Below, piece by piece: positions 1-9,137 of a stretch of DNA of 64,000 nucleotides. The DNA is taken from assembly GCA_963778655.1 (NCBI GenBank), contig CAVZVA010000010.1, forward strand, positions 992,001 to 1,056,000, in the 5' to 3' direction. Within the stretch, counting starts at the first letter, position 1; each line of letters opens with the position of its first letter. The notes beneath the pieces were generated by a model. That model saw only the letters and a list, made by a program, of their open reading frames with translations. It did not search any database and was not told the DNA's origin. The stretch is from an uncultured delta proteobacterium (GTDB lineage: Bacteria > Myxococcota_A > Polyangia > Polyangiales > JAFGIB01). Both the position numbers and the translations under genes were made by a program.

Positions 1-125
1 GGCCCTCGAGCCTGCTGCAATCGCGCGCCGCCGCACCGCCGTTCGCTGCCGTAAGCCGTAGCAGCAGGCCCCGCCCGCGCGCACCCGCCCGCCCCGAGTC
101 GGCGCCGGCCCGCCTGTCTGCGCGT

Positions 126-782
<657 letters not shown>

Positions 783-833
783 CGGATCCACTATGCACGC
801 TCGAGCCGCGCGCGCCCAGCCCGCAGAGGGCGT

Positions 834-1262
834 TCAGCCCAGCAGCGGGTTGGTGGTGGCCAGCCCCGGGAAACGGGAGAAGTCGCGATCCATCGTCCAC
901 AGCTCGCTCACCCCGTGCTGCAGACACAGCGCGGCGATGCGCGCGTCATGCACGCGCGGCCCGCCCACCTGAGCAGAGCGCAGCACGCTCGCAAGGGTTT
1001 CCCAGTACCCCTCGAGCTCTCCGACCACCGCGAGCAGGGGCGTATCGAGCCAGGTCTCCACCGTGGTCAGCGCCCGTTCGAGCGGAGTCGGGGGGTTGAA
1101 CACCTTGGGGTGGGTTACGACGGCGACAAACTCGTGCACGCACGGCCAGGGAATCGCCCAACGCGTGCCGCCGAGCCCTGCCAGACGCTGCTTGGCCCGA
1201 CCATGCCAGGGGGAATCCTCGCGGTGCGCGTGGACCAGGATGTTGGTATCGACTGCGATCAC
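834..1262 (-). CDS. vapC: VapC-type PIN-domain ribonuclease toxin
   Basis: IAVDTNILVHA...E...VHDARIAALC...LWTMDRDFSRF carries the PIN acidic residues; GTG start overlaps the antitoxin stop (GTGA). Confidence 0.92.
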   Translation of the reverse strand: MIAVDTNILVHAHREDSPWHGRAKQRLAGLGGTRWAIPWPCVHEFVAVVTHPKVFNPPTPLERALTTVETWLDTPLLAVVGELEGYWETLASVLRSAQVGGPRVHDARIAALCLQHGVSELWTMDRDFSRFPGLATTNPLLG

Positions 1263-1507
1263 GCCCCGCGGCCCTCGTATGCGAGATCCCGGATCGTGCT
1301 CCAGTCCTCCCACGACAGTCCCGGTTGCAGGCCGTGGCCGCGAAAGGTGTGGGTCTCGACTGGCTGCGCGCGCGCGGCCGGGGACTCACGCTCGAGCGCG
1401 TCGCGAAGCGCGTGCTCGATGATCGCGCGCAGGGTGGTGTTGCGTCGCGCCGCCAGCTGTTTGGCGCGGCGCAGGAGCGCGTCGGGAATCTCTATGGTCG
1501 TCTTCAT
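1259..1507 (-). CDS. vapB: VapB-type ribbon-helix-helix antitoxin
   Basis: MKTTIEIPDALLRRAKQLAA...LRAIIEHALR RHH pattern; 82 aa, directly upstream of and overlapping vapC. Confidence 0.88.
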   Translation of the reverse strand: MKTTIEIPDALLRRAKQLAARRNTTLRAIIEHALRDALERESPAARAQPVETHTFRGHGLQPGLSWEDWSTIRDLAYEGRGA

Positions 1508-1537
1508 ATGGGAGACCCATATCATAAAATATGGGTC
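1506..1537 (-). promoter_or_regulatory. Putative vapBC promoter/operator
   Basis: AT-rich patch with inverted repeats GACCCATAT-N6-ATATGGGTC (1514-1537) and ATATGGG-N3-CCCATAT (1506-1522), overlapping a minus-strand TATGAT -10-like box. Confidence 0.65.
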
Positions 1538-1573
1538 GGAGCAATGAGTGACCCAGCGGGGAGCCGTGCTCGG

Positions 1574-2080
1574 TCAGCAGGGCTCGACCGCGCGCTGCTC
1601 GTGCTCCAGCAGCCAGCGCTTGCGCTGCAGGCCGCCCGCGTAGCCGGTGAGCGAGCCGTCGGCGCCGATCACCCGGTGGCAGGGCACGATCACGGTGATC
1701 GGGTTGATGCGGTTGGCCGCGCCCACGGCGCGCGCGCCGCCCGGGCAGCCCAGGCCGCGCGCGATCTGCGCGTAGCCGCGCGTTTGCCCGAACGGGATCG
1801 CGCGCAGCGCGCGAAACACCCGCTGCTGGAACGGCGTGCCCCCGGGCGCGCACGGCAGCTCGAAGCGCGTGCGCTCGCCCGCGAAGTACTGCTCGAGCTC
1901 AGCTCGCGCGCGCTCGAGCAGCGGCTGCGCCGCGCCGGGCTGAACGGGTCCCTCGGGCAGCGCGGGTCGTGGCTGCTGATCGAGAAAGTACGCGGCCACC
2001 AGCGCGTCGGTCCTCGCCAGCACGCGCAGCGGGCCCAGCGGCGAGCCCAGCACGCGTTCGAACACAGTCGGTGTCGTCAT
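1574..2080 (-). CDS. ogt: Methylated-DNA-protein-cysteine methyltransferase
   Basis: [16 protein letters not shown], active-site PCHRV, GYAGGL..K..LL..E; GGAGG RBS upstream. Confidence 0.95.
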   Translation of the reverse strand: MTTPTVFERVLGSPLGPLRVLARTDALVAAYFLDQQPRPALPEGPVQPGAAQPLLERARAELEQYFAGERTRFELPCAPGGTPFQQRVFRALRAIPFGQTRGYAQIARGLGCPGGARAVGAANRINPITVIVPCHRVIGADGSLTGYAGGLQRKRWLLEHEQRAVEPC

Positions 2081-3539
2081 CTCGTCCTCCGGTCTCCGAC
2101 AGCGAAACCCACATCTGCATCGCGCCGTAGGCGCGCCACGGCTGCCAGGCCTGCGCGCGCGCCTCGGCCTCGCGCGCGCTTTGCGCGCCGAGCGCCTTGC
2201 GCAGCGCCAGATCGCCCGCGGGGAACGCGTTGGGCCAGCGCAGCGCGCGCATCGCCAGGTAGTGCGCGGTCCAGGCGCCGATGCCGGGCAGCGCGGTCAG
2301 TTGCGCGAGGCTCGCCTCCGGGTCGGCGCGGCCGCTCAGGTCGAGGCGCGATTCGGCCACCGCGCGCGCGAGCGCGATGATGCCCGCCGCGCGCCGTGCG
2401 GGCAGCCCCAGCGCGGCCACGCGCTCGACGCGCTCGCCCGCCAGTCGCGCCGCGTCCGGGAACGCCCGCTGCAGTTCGGGCACGTCCAGTGTCAACGGCT
2501 CCCCGAACGCGGCGGCCAGGCGGCCGGCGAGCGTGGTGGCCGCGCGCACGGAGACCTGCTGGCCGAGCACCGCGCGCACGGCCAGCTCGAAGCCGTCGAA
2601 CGCGCCCGGCACGCGCAGCCCGGGGTGACGCCTCACCAGCGCTGCGAGCTCCGGCTGCGCGCGCAGGTGCTCGGCGATCGCGAGCGGCTGCGCGTCGAGG
2701 TCGAACAGCGCGCGCAGGCGCGCCACCAGCTCCATCAAGGCCGGCGCCAGCGAGGGCGACACGCGCGCGCGCAGCGCCGCGCGCTCGCGATCGGCGCCGA
2801 CCGCGACGAAGCCGCGCAGCGCGCCCAGCGAGACCACGCGCTGGTACTCGCCGCCGCGCACCTGCTCGACGCCGGGCGTCGCGCGCGCGGCCAGAAACCC
2901 GAGCAGCGCCTCCCAGTCGAGCGGCGGGCGGTAGTCGAGCCGCAGCGCGATCACGGCCCGCTCGCCGAGCTCGCCGCCGGGGCTGCGCTGCCGCCGCAGC
3001 GCCGAGGGCGGGCGCCCGAAGCGGCTGCGGAACGCGGCGTTGAAGCGCCGCACGCTGGCAAAGCCCGCGGCGAACGCGATCGCGGTCAACGGCAGCGTGC
3101 TGTCGTGCAGCAGCTGCTTGGCCAGCGCCAGCCGCCGCGTCTGCGCCAGCTGCAGCGGCGAGACGCCCAGCTCGGCTTCGAGCGCGCGGCGCAGGTGGCG
3201 GCCGCTCACGCCGAGCGCGGCGCCCAGCTCCTCGACCGAGCGCTGATTCAGAAAGCCGTCGTCGATGTGCGAGAGCGCGGCGCGCACCAGCCGTGGCAGC
3301 GAGTCGATCGGCGAAAGCCCGGGTGCGAGCTCCGGCCGGCAGCGAAGGCAGGCGCGGTAGCCTGCGCGCTCGGCCTCGGCCGCACGCGCGAAGAACTCGC
3401 AGCGCGCGCGCGCCGGCGTGCGCGCCGGGCAGATCGGGCGGCAGTACACCCCGGTCGTGGTCACGCCTACGAAGAGCAGCCCGTCGAAGCGGAGGTCGCG
3501 CGCGCACAGCGCGCGGTAGCAGGTGTCGGCGTCGAGCAC
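1899..3539 (-). CDS. alkA: Ada/AlkA bifunctional regulator / 3-methyladenine DNA glycosylase
   Basis: Ada Zn motif CRPICPA...CLRC, AraC HTH ([13 protein letters not shown]), AlkA_N, Hh[17 protein letters not shown]. Natural end probably near 2080; the ORF runs on into ogt. Confidence 0.9.
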   Translation of the reverse strand: MLDADTCYRALCARDLRFDGLLFVGVTTTGVYCRPICPARTPARARCEFFARAAEAERAGYRACLRCRPELAPGLSPIDSLPRLVRAALSHIDDGFLNQRSVEELGAALGVSGRHLRRALEAELGVSPLQLAQTRRLALAKQLLHDSTLPLTAIAFAAGFASVRRFNAAFRSRFGRPPSALRRQRSPGGELGERAVIALRLDYRPPLDWEALLGFLAARATPGVEQVRGGEYQRVVSLGALRGFVAVGADRERAALRARVSPSLAPALMELVARLRALFDLDAQPLAIAEHLRAQPELAALVRRHPGLRVPGAFDGFELAVRAVLGQQVSVRAATTLAGRLAAAFGEPLTLDVPELQRAFPDAARLAGERVERVAALGLPARRAAGIIALARAVAESRLDLSGRADPEASLAQLTALPGIGAWTAHYLAMRALRWPNAFPAGDLALRKALGAQSAREAEARAQAWQPWRAYGAMQMWVSLSETGGRDDDTDCVRTRAGLAAGPAARAGEDRRAGGRVLSRSAATTRAARGTRSARRGAAAARARAS

Positions 3540-3670
3540 GCTTGCGGTGTAGCCCGCGTGCCGGGCGGGGTCTCGCCGCTTTCGGACCCCAGCGCAACTT
3601 GGCGGCGCGCGCCCGCGGACGCACGCAGCAGGCGGGCCGGCCCGGGCTGGATCCCCACACAAACTCAAAA

Positions 3671-3724
3671 AAATGAATATTATGTGATGTAGAAGTTGAC
3701 TTTATTCATTTCAGATCTCATCTT
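3671..3724 (+). promoter_or_regulatory. Putative promoter and operator of the DUF2089 operon
   Basis: AT-rich patch; TTGACT (3696-3701)-N17-CATCTT; perfect inverted repeat AAATGAATA (3671-3679) / TATTCATTT (3703-3711) bracketing the -35. Confidence 0.55.
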
Positions 3725-3759
3725 GTCGACTGTCTACAAGCTCTGGTCAAGCGGACCCT

Positions 3760-4128
3760 ATGGACTGGAAGCGGCTGACCCAGCTGGCTGCAGGCGGGCG
3801 CATCGTCGTGGAGCGATTGCGTCTGCCCGAGCTCGAGATCGCGATCGAAGGCTGCTTCGAGCTGCCCGCGCTGGCGCGGCTGTCATTCGAGGACCAGGTG
3901 TTCGTGGCGGCCTTCGTCAAGAGCCACGGCTCGATCAAGGAGATGGAGCGGCTGTTCGGGGTCAGCTATCCGACGGTCAAGGCCAGGCTCAACCGGCTGA
4001 GCGAGGCGCTCGGCGAGCCGCTCGCGATCGATGCGGCGCCGCCGAGCAGCGAGCGCAACGCGGTGCTCGATCGCCTGGAGCGCGGTGAGATCTCCGCGCG
4101 CGACGCGGTGGAGGCGCTGCGAAAATGA
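3760..4128 (+). CDS. DUF2089-family HTH protein with C-terminal SHOCT-like helix pair
   Basis: GSIKEMERLFGVSYPTVKARL HTH; C-terminal VLDRLERGEISARDAVEAL. Confidence 0.82.
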   Translation: MDWKRLTQLAAGGRIVVERLRLPELEIAIEGCFELPALARLSFEDQVFVAAFVKSHGSIKEMERLFGVSYPTVKARLNRLSEALGEPLAIDAAPPSSERNAVLDRLERGEISARDAVEALRK

Positions 4129-4394
4129 GCTGGCTTCTGCCCTCGTGGTTGCGCGTGCGCTGGGGCCGCTGGCCCGGCCTGTGGCTGCCGATCTTCTTGC
4201 TGTGGCCGCTGTGGTGGTTGCTGCTGCTGACGGCGTTCGTGCTGGCGTGCGCGCTGTCCGCCCCCGCGGGGCGTGGCGGGATCGCGCGTGTATTCGACGC
4301 GGCCCGCGGTCTGCACACGCTGCTGTGCAGCACGCGCGGCGCGCGCTGCGAGATTCGCGGCCGCGGGCGCTTGATCGAGGTTGCGGTGATCTGA
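4125..4394 (+). CDS. Small membrane protein
   Basis: Trp/Leu-rich hydrophobic N-half (LWLPIFLLWPLWWLLLL); ATGA overlap with the upstream gene. Confidence 0.65.
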   Translation: MSWLLPSWLRVRWGRWPGLWLPIFLLWPLWWLLLLTAFVLACALSAPAGRGGIARVFDAARGLHTLLCSTRGARCEIRGRGRLIEVAVI

Positions 4395-4428
4395 GCGCGG
4401 TCACCCGAGGACGGAAAGGAAGGCCGAC

Positions 4429-4848
4429 ATGGACGAAGAGAAACGCCGCATCCTGAACATGCTCGCCGAGGGCAAGGTCACGCCGGTCGAGGCCGAGGCG
4501 TTGCTCGACGCGCTCGGCCGCGTGCCCTCCGCGCCGGCCGAGGCGGGCGCCCCGGTGGCCGATCCCAAGTACCTGCGCGTGCAGGTCGAAGGTCACGACG
4601 ACGAGCACGGCGGCAAGGTCAACGTGCGCGTGCCGTTCAGCCTGATCCGCGCCGGCGTGCGGCTGGCCGCGCTGCTGCCCGCCACTGCGTACGGGCCGGT
4701 CAACAAGGCGCTGCGCGAAAACGGCATCGACGTCGACATCTCCAAGCTCAGACCCGAAAACCTCGACGATCTGGTCACCCACCTGCGCGATCTGACGGTC
4801 GACGTGGAGGGCCACTACGGCGAAAAGGTGCGCGTCTACTGCGAGTGA
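4429..4848 (+). CDS. SHOCT-like (YvlB/LiaX N-terminal type) domain protein
   Basis: MDEEKRRILNMLAEGKVTPVEAEALLDAL; YLRVQV...KVNVRVP; RBS upstream. Confidence 0.8.
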   Translation: MDEEKRRILNMLAEGKVTPVEAEALLDALGRVPSAPAEAGAPVADPKYLRVQVEGHDDEHGGKVNVRVPFSLIRAGVRLAALLPATAYGPVNKALRENGIDVDISKLRPENLDDLVTHLRDLTVDVEGHYGEKVRVYCE

Positions 4849-5005
4849 GCGCGCTGCGCGCGGCCCAGGCACCCGCGCGCGCGGCGGGGCGCCTCCGTCT
4901 GTCACGACGCGGTCGCGCTGGTAATCGCCGCCGCGGTGGCTACCTACAGGGGGCGACGGCTCGCCGCCTGCGGCAAGCGGGCGGCGAGGCGCCAGTGAGG
5001 CGCGA

Positions 5006-6490
5006 GTGGCAGCCAGATTGAGCTCGAAAACAGGGGCGATACCGCACTCGAGCGCGTGCACGCTCGGGCTGTGCGCGCTGCTGGCGCTGGCGCTGCTGCC
5101 TGCGCGGGCGCGGGCGGCCGGCTTTGCCACGGCGTTGTTCGGCGGCCAGCACGACACCGCGGCCGACGTGAATCCGACCGCGCTCTACTACAACCCGGGC
5201 GCGATCGGCTTCGCGCCCGGCACGCAGCTGTGGCTCGAGACCGTGCTGGCGCTGCGGCATGCCGGCTACGAGCGGCCGGCCAGCGCGATCGACCCGGGCA
5301 CGCTCGCGGCGCTCGATGACGCCGGGCTGGATCGCAAGGCCGGGGTCGCGGCGCTCAGCGGCAAGGCCCGGCTCAACGAGCTGCTGCTGGCCTCGCCCTT
5401 CGTGGGCGGCACCACCGACCTCGGGCTGGCGAGCCCGCTGCGGCTGGGCGCCGCCGCGTTCGTGCCCTTCGGCGGTCAGTCGAGCTGGAACCGCGCCACA
5501 GCTAGCACCCGGTTTCCCGGCGCGGTCGACGGAACGGCGCGCTTCTACAACATCTCCGGCCAGATCGTGACCTACGACGTGGCCGCGGGCGCGGCGTACT
5601 TGATCGCGCCCGCGCGGCTCTCGCTGGGGTTGAGCGGCAATCTCTACCTCTCGCGGGTCAACACGCTGCGCGCGCGCAACCCGGACGGGACCGACAAGCT
5701 GGTGGCGAGCGACGGCTCGCTGCTCGAGGGGCGCTCGCTGCTCGACGTCAGCGGCATCCACTTCGGGCTCGGCGTGGGGGCGCTGTGGGAGGCGCTCGCC
5801 GGCAAGCTGTGGCTCGGCGCCAGCTACCAGAGTCAACCGGGGTTCGGCACCATGACGCTCTCGGGCGACCTGCGCAACGTGTTCGGGCAGGCGCCTGCCG
5901 AGGCACCGAGCGACGTGCGCTTCACCCAGGCGCTGCCCGACATCGTGCGGGTGGGCGCGCGGGTGCGAGCGAGCCGCGCGATCGAGCTGCGGATGGGGCT
6001 CGACCTCACGCTGTGGAGCCGGCTCGGGCAGATGTGTCTGGCCGCGGCCGGAGTCTCGGACATGCGCACCGCCTGTGCGACCCGCGCCGACGGCAGCCGC
6101 GTCCATCCGCAGGCGCCCAGCGTGATCCAGGTGTTTGCGCGCGGCTGGCGCGACAGCTTCGGCGCGCACCTGAGCGCCAGCTACTTCGTCTCGCCCGCGC
6201 TCGAGCTGTACGCGGGGGCCGGCTTCGATGGCAACGCGATCCCCGACGCCACGCTCGACCCCGCGCTGTACGACATGAACAAGCTCAGCTTCGCGGCCGG
6301 GGCCGGCTACGCGCTGGGCGAGCACCTGCGCCTGATGCTGACGCTGACCGAGGTCGCATTCCTCGCGCGCGACACGCGCGGCGTCGCCGGCAATGAGAGT
6401 CTTGCGTTGCCCAGCCGGCAGCCGGCCAACCAGGGCGTGTACACGCAGAACGTGTTCTTGATCGACCCGGGGGTGGCGGTTTCGTTTTGA
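5006..6490 (+). CDS. OmpP1/FadL-family outer membrane transporter
   Basis: Signal peptide (ARAAGF), NPTALYYNPGA motif, amphipathic strands, terminal Phe. Confidence 0.8.
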   Translation: MAARLSSKTGAIPHSSACTLGLCALLALALLPARARAAGFATALFGGQHDTAADVNPTALYYNPGAIGFAPGTQLWLETVLALRHAGYERPASAIDPGTLAALDDAGLDRKAGVAALSGKARLNELLLASPFVGGTTDLGLASPLRLGAAAFVPFGGQSSWNRATASTRFPGAVDGTARFYNISGQIVTYDVAAGAAYLIAPARLSLGLSGNLYLSRVNTLRARNPDGTDKLVASDGSLLEGRSLLDVSGIHFGLGVGALWEALAGKLWLGASYQSQPGFGTMTLSGDLRNVFGQAPAEAPSDVRFTQALPDIVRVGARVRASRAIELRMGLDLTLWSRLGQMCLAAAGVSDMRTACATRADGSRVHPQAPSVIQVFARGWRDSFGAHLSASYFVSPALELYAGAGFDGNAIPDATLDPALYDMNKLSFAAGAGYALGEHLRLMLTLTEVAFLARDTRGVAGNESLALPSRQPANQGVYTQNVFLIDPGVAVSF

Positions 6491-6516
6491 CGCACCTTCG
6501 TCGTGAGGCGAGCTCC

Positions 6517-7203
6517 ATGGCATCCGCAGCTGCAGTGCATCCGACCCGGCGACCTGGCCCGCACACGCGGCGGCGCGCGCGGGCCTTGCTGCTCGCGCTC
6601 GCCGTACTGAGCAGCGCGACCGCGTCTTGCGCCGACCCCAAGGGGCGCTACGACGCGTTTCTCGCGCGCACCAGCGACCAGCGCATCGCGGCCGGCGACG
6701 GCGGGCCCGCGCCCAGCGAGCGCTTCGACTTCAGCGGCCGCTATCTGCTCGCGCTCAAGACGCCGATCGCACCGGCCACGCCGCTGCTGTTGAGGGTCGA
6801 TGCGACGGTCTCCAGCGACTTGACGAAGATCGCGTTCGTCTTCCAGCCGCTCGCCACCGACCAGGCGCCGCAGCCTCGTGCCGCTGTTGGTAGCTCGATT
6901 CAGATCGAGGGCGTGGCCTACGACGCGCAGGGCAGCTTCGACGCGGATCTCGGCCAGGTCGCGGTGCCCGGCAGCGCCAACCCGATCAGCGGCTCGGACA
7001 TCACCGCCACGGTGCAGCTGCGCGGCACGGCGTTGCACGCGGGCGGCGCGCCGCTGTTGTGCGGCAGCGCGAGCGGAAATGTCACCTCGCCGATCATGCT
7101 CAATCTGGCGGGCTCGCAGTTCGGCGCGGTGCCCGCGCAGGACCCGGCCGGCGTCGAGCTGGTGACCGGCTGCCCCGAGCAAGGGGCCGACGGCGGCTCG
7201 TAG
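6517..7203 (+). CDS. Putative lipoprotein
   Basis: Arg-rich N-terminus, hydrophobic stretch, lipobox-like TASC; coding-like codon usage; start uncertain (6487 or 6517). Confidence 0.7.
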   Translation: MASAAAVHPTRRPGPHTRRRARALLLALAVLSSATASCADPKGRYDAFLARTSDQRIAAGDGGPAPSERFDFSGRYLLALKTPIAPATPLLLRVDATVSSDLTKIAFVFQPLATDQAPQPRAAVGSSIQIEGVAYDAQGSFDADLGQVAVPGSANPISGSDITATVQLRGTALHAGGAPLLCGSASGNVTSPIMLNLAGSQFGAVPAQDPAGVELVTGCPEQGADGGS

Positions 7204-7255
7204 TCCTAGAGCCTAGAGCACCGAACATATTGAAACACGCACGATTTCGGGCCCT

Positions 7256-7287
7256 CGCGGGTCAGGTCAGCCGCGGGTCAGGTCAGC
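7256..7287. repeat. 16-bp perfect tandem duplication
   Basis: CGCGGGTCAGGTCAGC x2 in the intergenic region. Confidence 0.85.
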
Positions 7288-7440
7288 TGCCAGCGTGTTT
7301 TCTTCGCAGGGACGCCAGGGCCATGGGACGGGAGCCCCGCCGCAGCCCGGGACCGAGGGCAATCGCGTCGGGATGCTGCAGCCGACGATCTGATCATTCG
7401 TGCCACCCGCTGGCAAGCGAGCGGCGCTATGCTCCTTTCC

Positions 7441-7719
7441 GTGCCGCGAGTGGAGCTCACCAAGCACCTGTATCAGTTCTTTCCAGAGCTGGAGGGTAAC
7501 GATCTGGTGGTCGAGGCGGAGACGGTGGCCGAAGTGGTGCGCGCGCTCGACGCGATCGCGCCCGGCATCGCGTTCTACGTGTGTGATGAGCGCGGGCGCC
7601 TGCGCCAGCACGTCAACGTCTTCATCGAGGAAGAGCCGGTGATCGACCGCCGCGCGCTCACAGACCGCGTGCAGCCGGGCTCGCGCGTGTTCATCTTGCA
7701 AGCACTGAGCGGGGGCTGA
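7441..7719 (+). CDS. MoaD/ThiS-family ubiquitin-like protein
   Basis: LRQHVNVFI motif and C-terminal LSGG. Confidence 0.9.
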   Translation: MPRVELTKHLYQFFPELEGNDLVVEAETVAEVVRALDAIAPGIAFYVCDERGRLRQHVNVFIEEEPVIDRRALTDRVQPGSRVFILQALSGG

Positions 7720-7753
7720 ACCCGCCATCACCGCTGCCAAGCACGGAGGCCCT

Positions 7754-8917
7754 ATGTCCGATCGCATCCTCGTCGCAACTCGCAAGGGCACCTTCCTAGT
7801 CGAGAAGGTCAACGGCCGATGGAAGCCACGCCTGAGCGGCCACGCCGGCGCACTGGTCAACTTCGTCGCGCGCGATCCGAACGGCGGCGCGCTTTGGGCC
7901 GCGCTGGGGCATGGCCACTGGGGCGCCAAGCTGTCGTGCTCGACCGACGACGGCAAGAGCTGGCAGGACGCGACGCAGATCAAGTATCCACAGGGCGCAC
8001 GCTACCTGGGTACGGCGATGCCGAGCGAGGACTCGCCCGAGCTGGGCAAGCCGCAGCCGCGCCCCGCGACCGTGCTCAAGCTCTGGTGCCTGGCGTTCGG
8101 CTCACCCGGCCACATCTACGTGGGGACGATCCCGGGCGGGCTGTTCGAGAGCAAGGACGGCGGCAAGAGCTTCGAGCTCAACCGGCCGCTGTGGAACCAC
8201 GAGTCGCGCGGCGGCGACCTGTTTTCGGGCGAGGGCACGGGCGTCACGCATTGGTCGGGCACGCCCGCGTCGGACGCAGGCGAGTTCGCGGCGGGTATCC
8301 ATTCCATTCTGGTCGATCCGCGCGATCCGAGACGTGTGCTGGTCGCGGTGTCGACCGCGGGCGTGCTTGAGACGACCGACGGCGGCAAGAGCTGGCGCGG
8401 GCGCAACAAGGGCATGACCAATGACTACCTGCCCAACCCCGAGGCCGAGTGGGGCCACGACGCGCACGCAATCGAGCTGTGCTCGGGCGATCCCGACCAT
8501 GTGTGGCAGCAGAACCACGCCGGCGTGTTCTACAGTGCCGACGGCGCGGCGAGCTGGAAGAAGGTGAGCCGTCCCGATCAGGGTGTGCACTTCGGCTTCC
8601 CGGTCGCCGCGGACGGCAAGGACGGCAAGACCGCGTGGGTCGTTCCCGGCAAGAGCGACCAGCAGCGCATGGCGATCGACGGCAGCTTGTTCGTCGGGCG
8701 CACCCACGACGGCGGGCAGAGCTGGGAGCAGCTACGCGAGGGCCTGCCGCAGGAAAGTGCCTACGACGTCGTGTACCGCCACGCGCTGGGCTACGCCGAT
8801 GGCCGGCTTTCGTTCGGCAGCACCACCGGAAACCTGTACGTGAGCGAGAACGGTGGCGAGAGCTGGCTCACGGTGGCCAACAACCTACCGCCGATCCACA
8901 GCGTGCGCTTCGGCTGA
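7754..8917 (+). CDS. BNR/Asp-box beta-propeller protein (WD40/YVTN/sialidase-like)
   Basis: Seven or so SxDxGxxW Asp-boxes (STDDGKSW, SKDGGKSF, TTDGGKSW, SADGAASW, THDGGQSW, SENGGESW); ATRKG N-terminus, LPPIHSVRF C-terminus; no signal peptide. Confidence 0.88.
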   Translation: MSDRILVATRKGTFLVEKVNGRWKPRLSGHAGALVNFVARDPNGGALWAALGHGHWGAKLSCSTDDGKSWQDATQIKYPQGARYLGTAMPSEDSPELGKPQPRPATVLKLWCLAFGSPGHIYVGTIPGGLFESKDGGKSFELNRPLWNHESRGGDLFSGEGTGVTHWSGTPASDAGEFAAGIHSILVDPRDPRRVLVAVSTAGVLETTDGGKSWRGRNKGMTNDYLPNPEAEWGHDAHAIELCSGDPDHVWQQNHAGVFYSADGAASWKKVSRPDQGVHFGFPVAADGKDGKTAWVVPGKSDQQRMAIDGSLFVGRTHDGGQSWEQLREGLPQESAYDVVYRHALGYADGRLSFGSTTGNLYVSENGGESWLTVANNLPPIHSVRFG

Positions 8918-8923
8918 GCGAGA

Positions 8924-8947
8924 CGGATCATCTGCCGGATCATCTGC
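8924..8947. repeat. 12-bp tandem duplication
   Basis: CGGATCATCTGC x2 just after the stop codon at 8917. Confidence 0.75.
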
Positions 8948-9137
8948 CAGCGCATCTTCTGACCCCCTCGGCTCAACAGTGACGCGCGGTACAGCTCGCG
9001 CGGCATACCCTGGCAACTGGGGGAAGTCATGCGCTGCAGCCGGATCCGGCGGCCAGCGCACCGCCGCGGCGCTGCCACAGCGCGGGAGCGCTTGTGGGGC
9101 TGGAAAGCGCAGGGCCTTGTGGCATCGTAGGCGCGCG

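Noticed and set aside
798..1594. GCTCGA(G)CCGCGCGC near both sides of vapBC as a target duplication
   Set aside because: Short, imperfect and GC-rich; could easily arise by chance.
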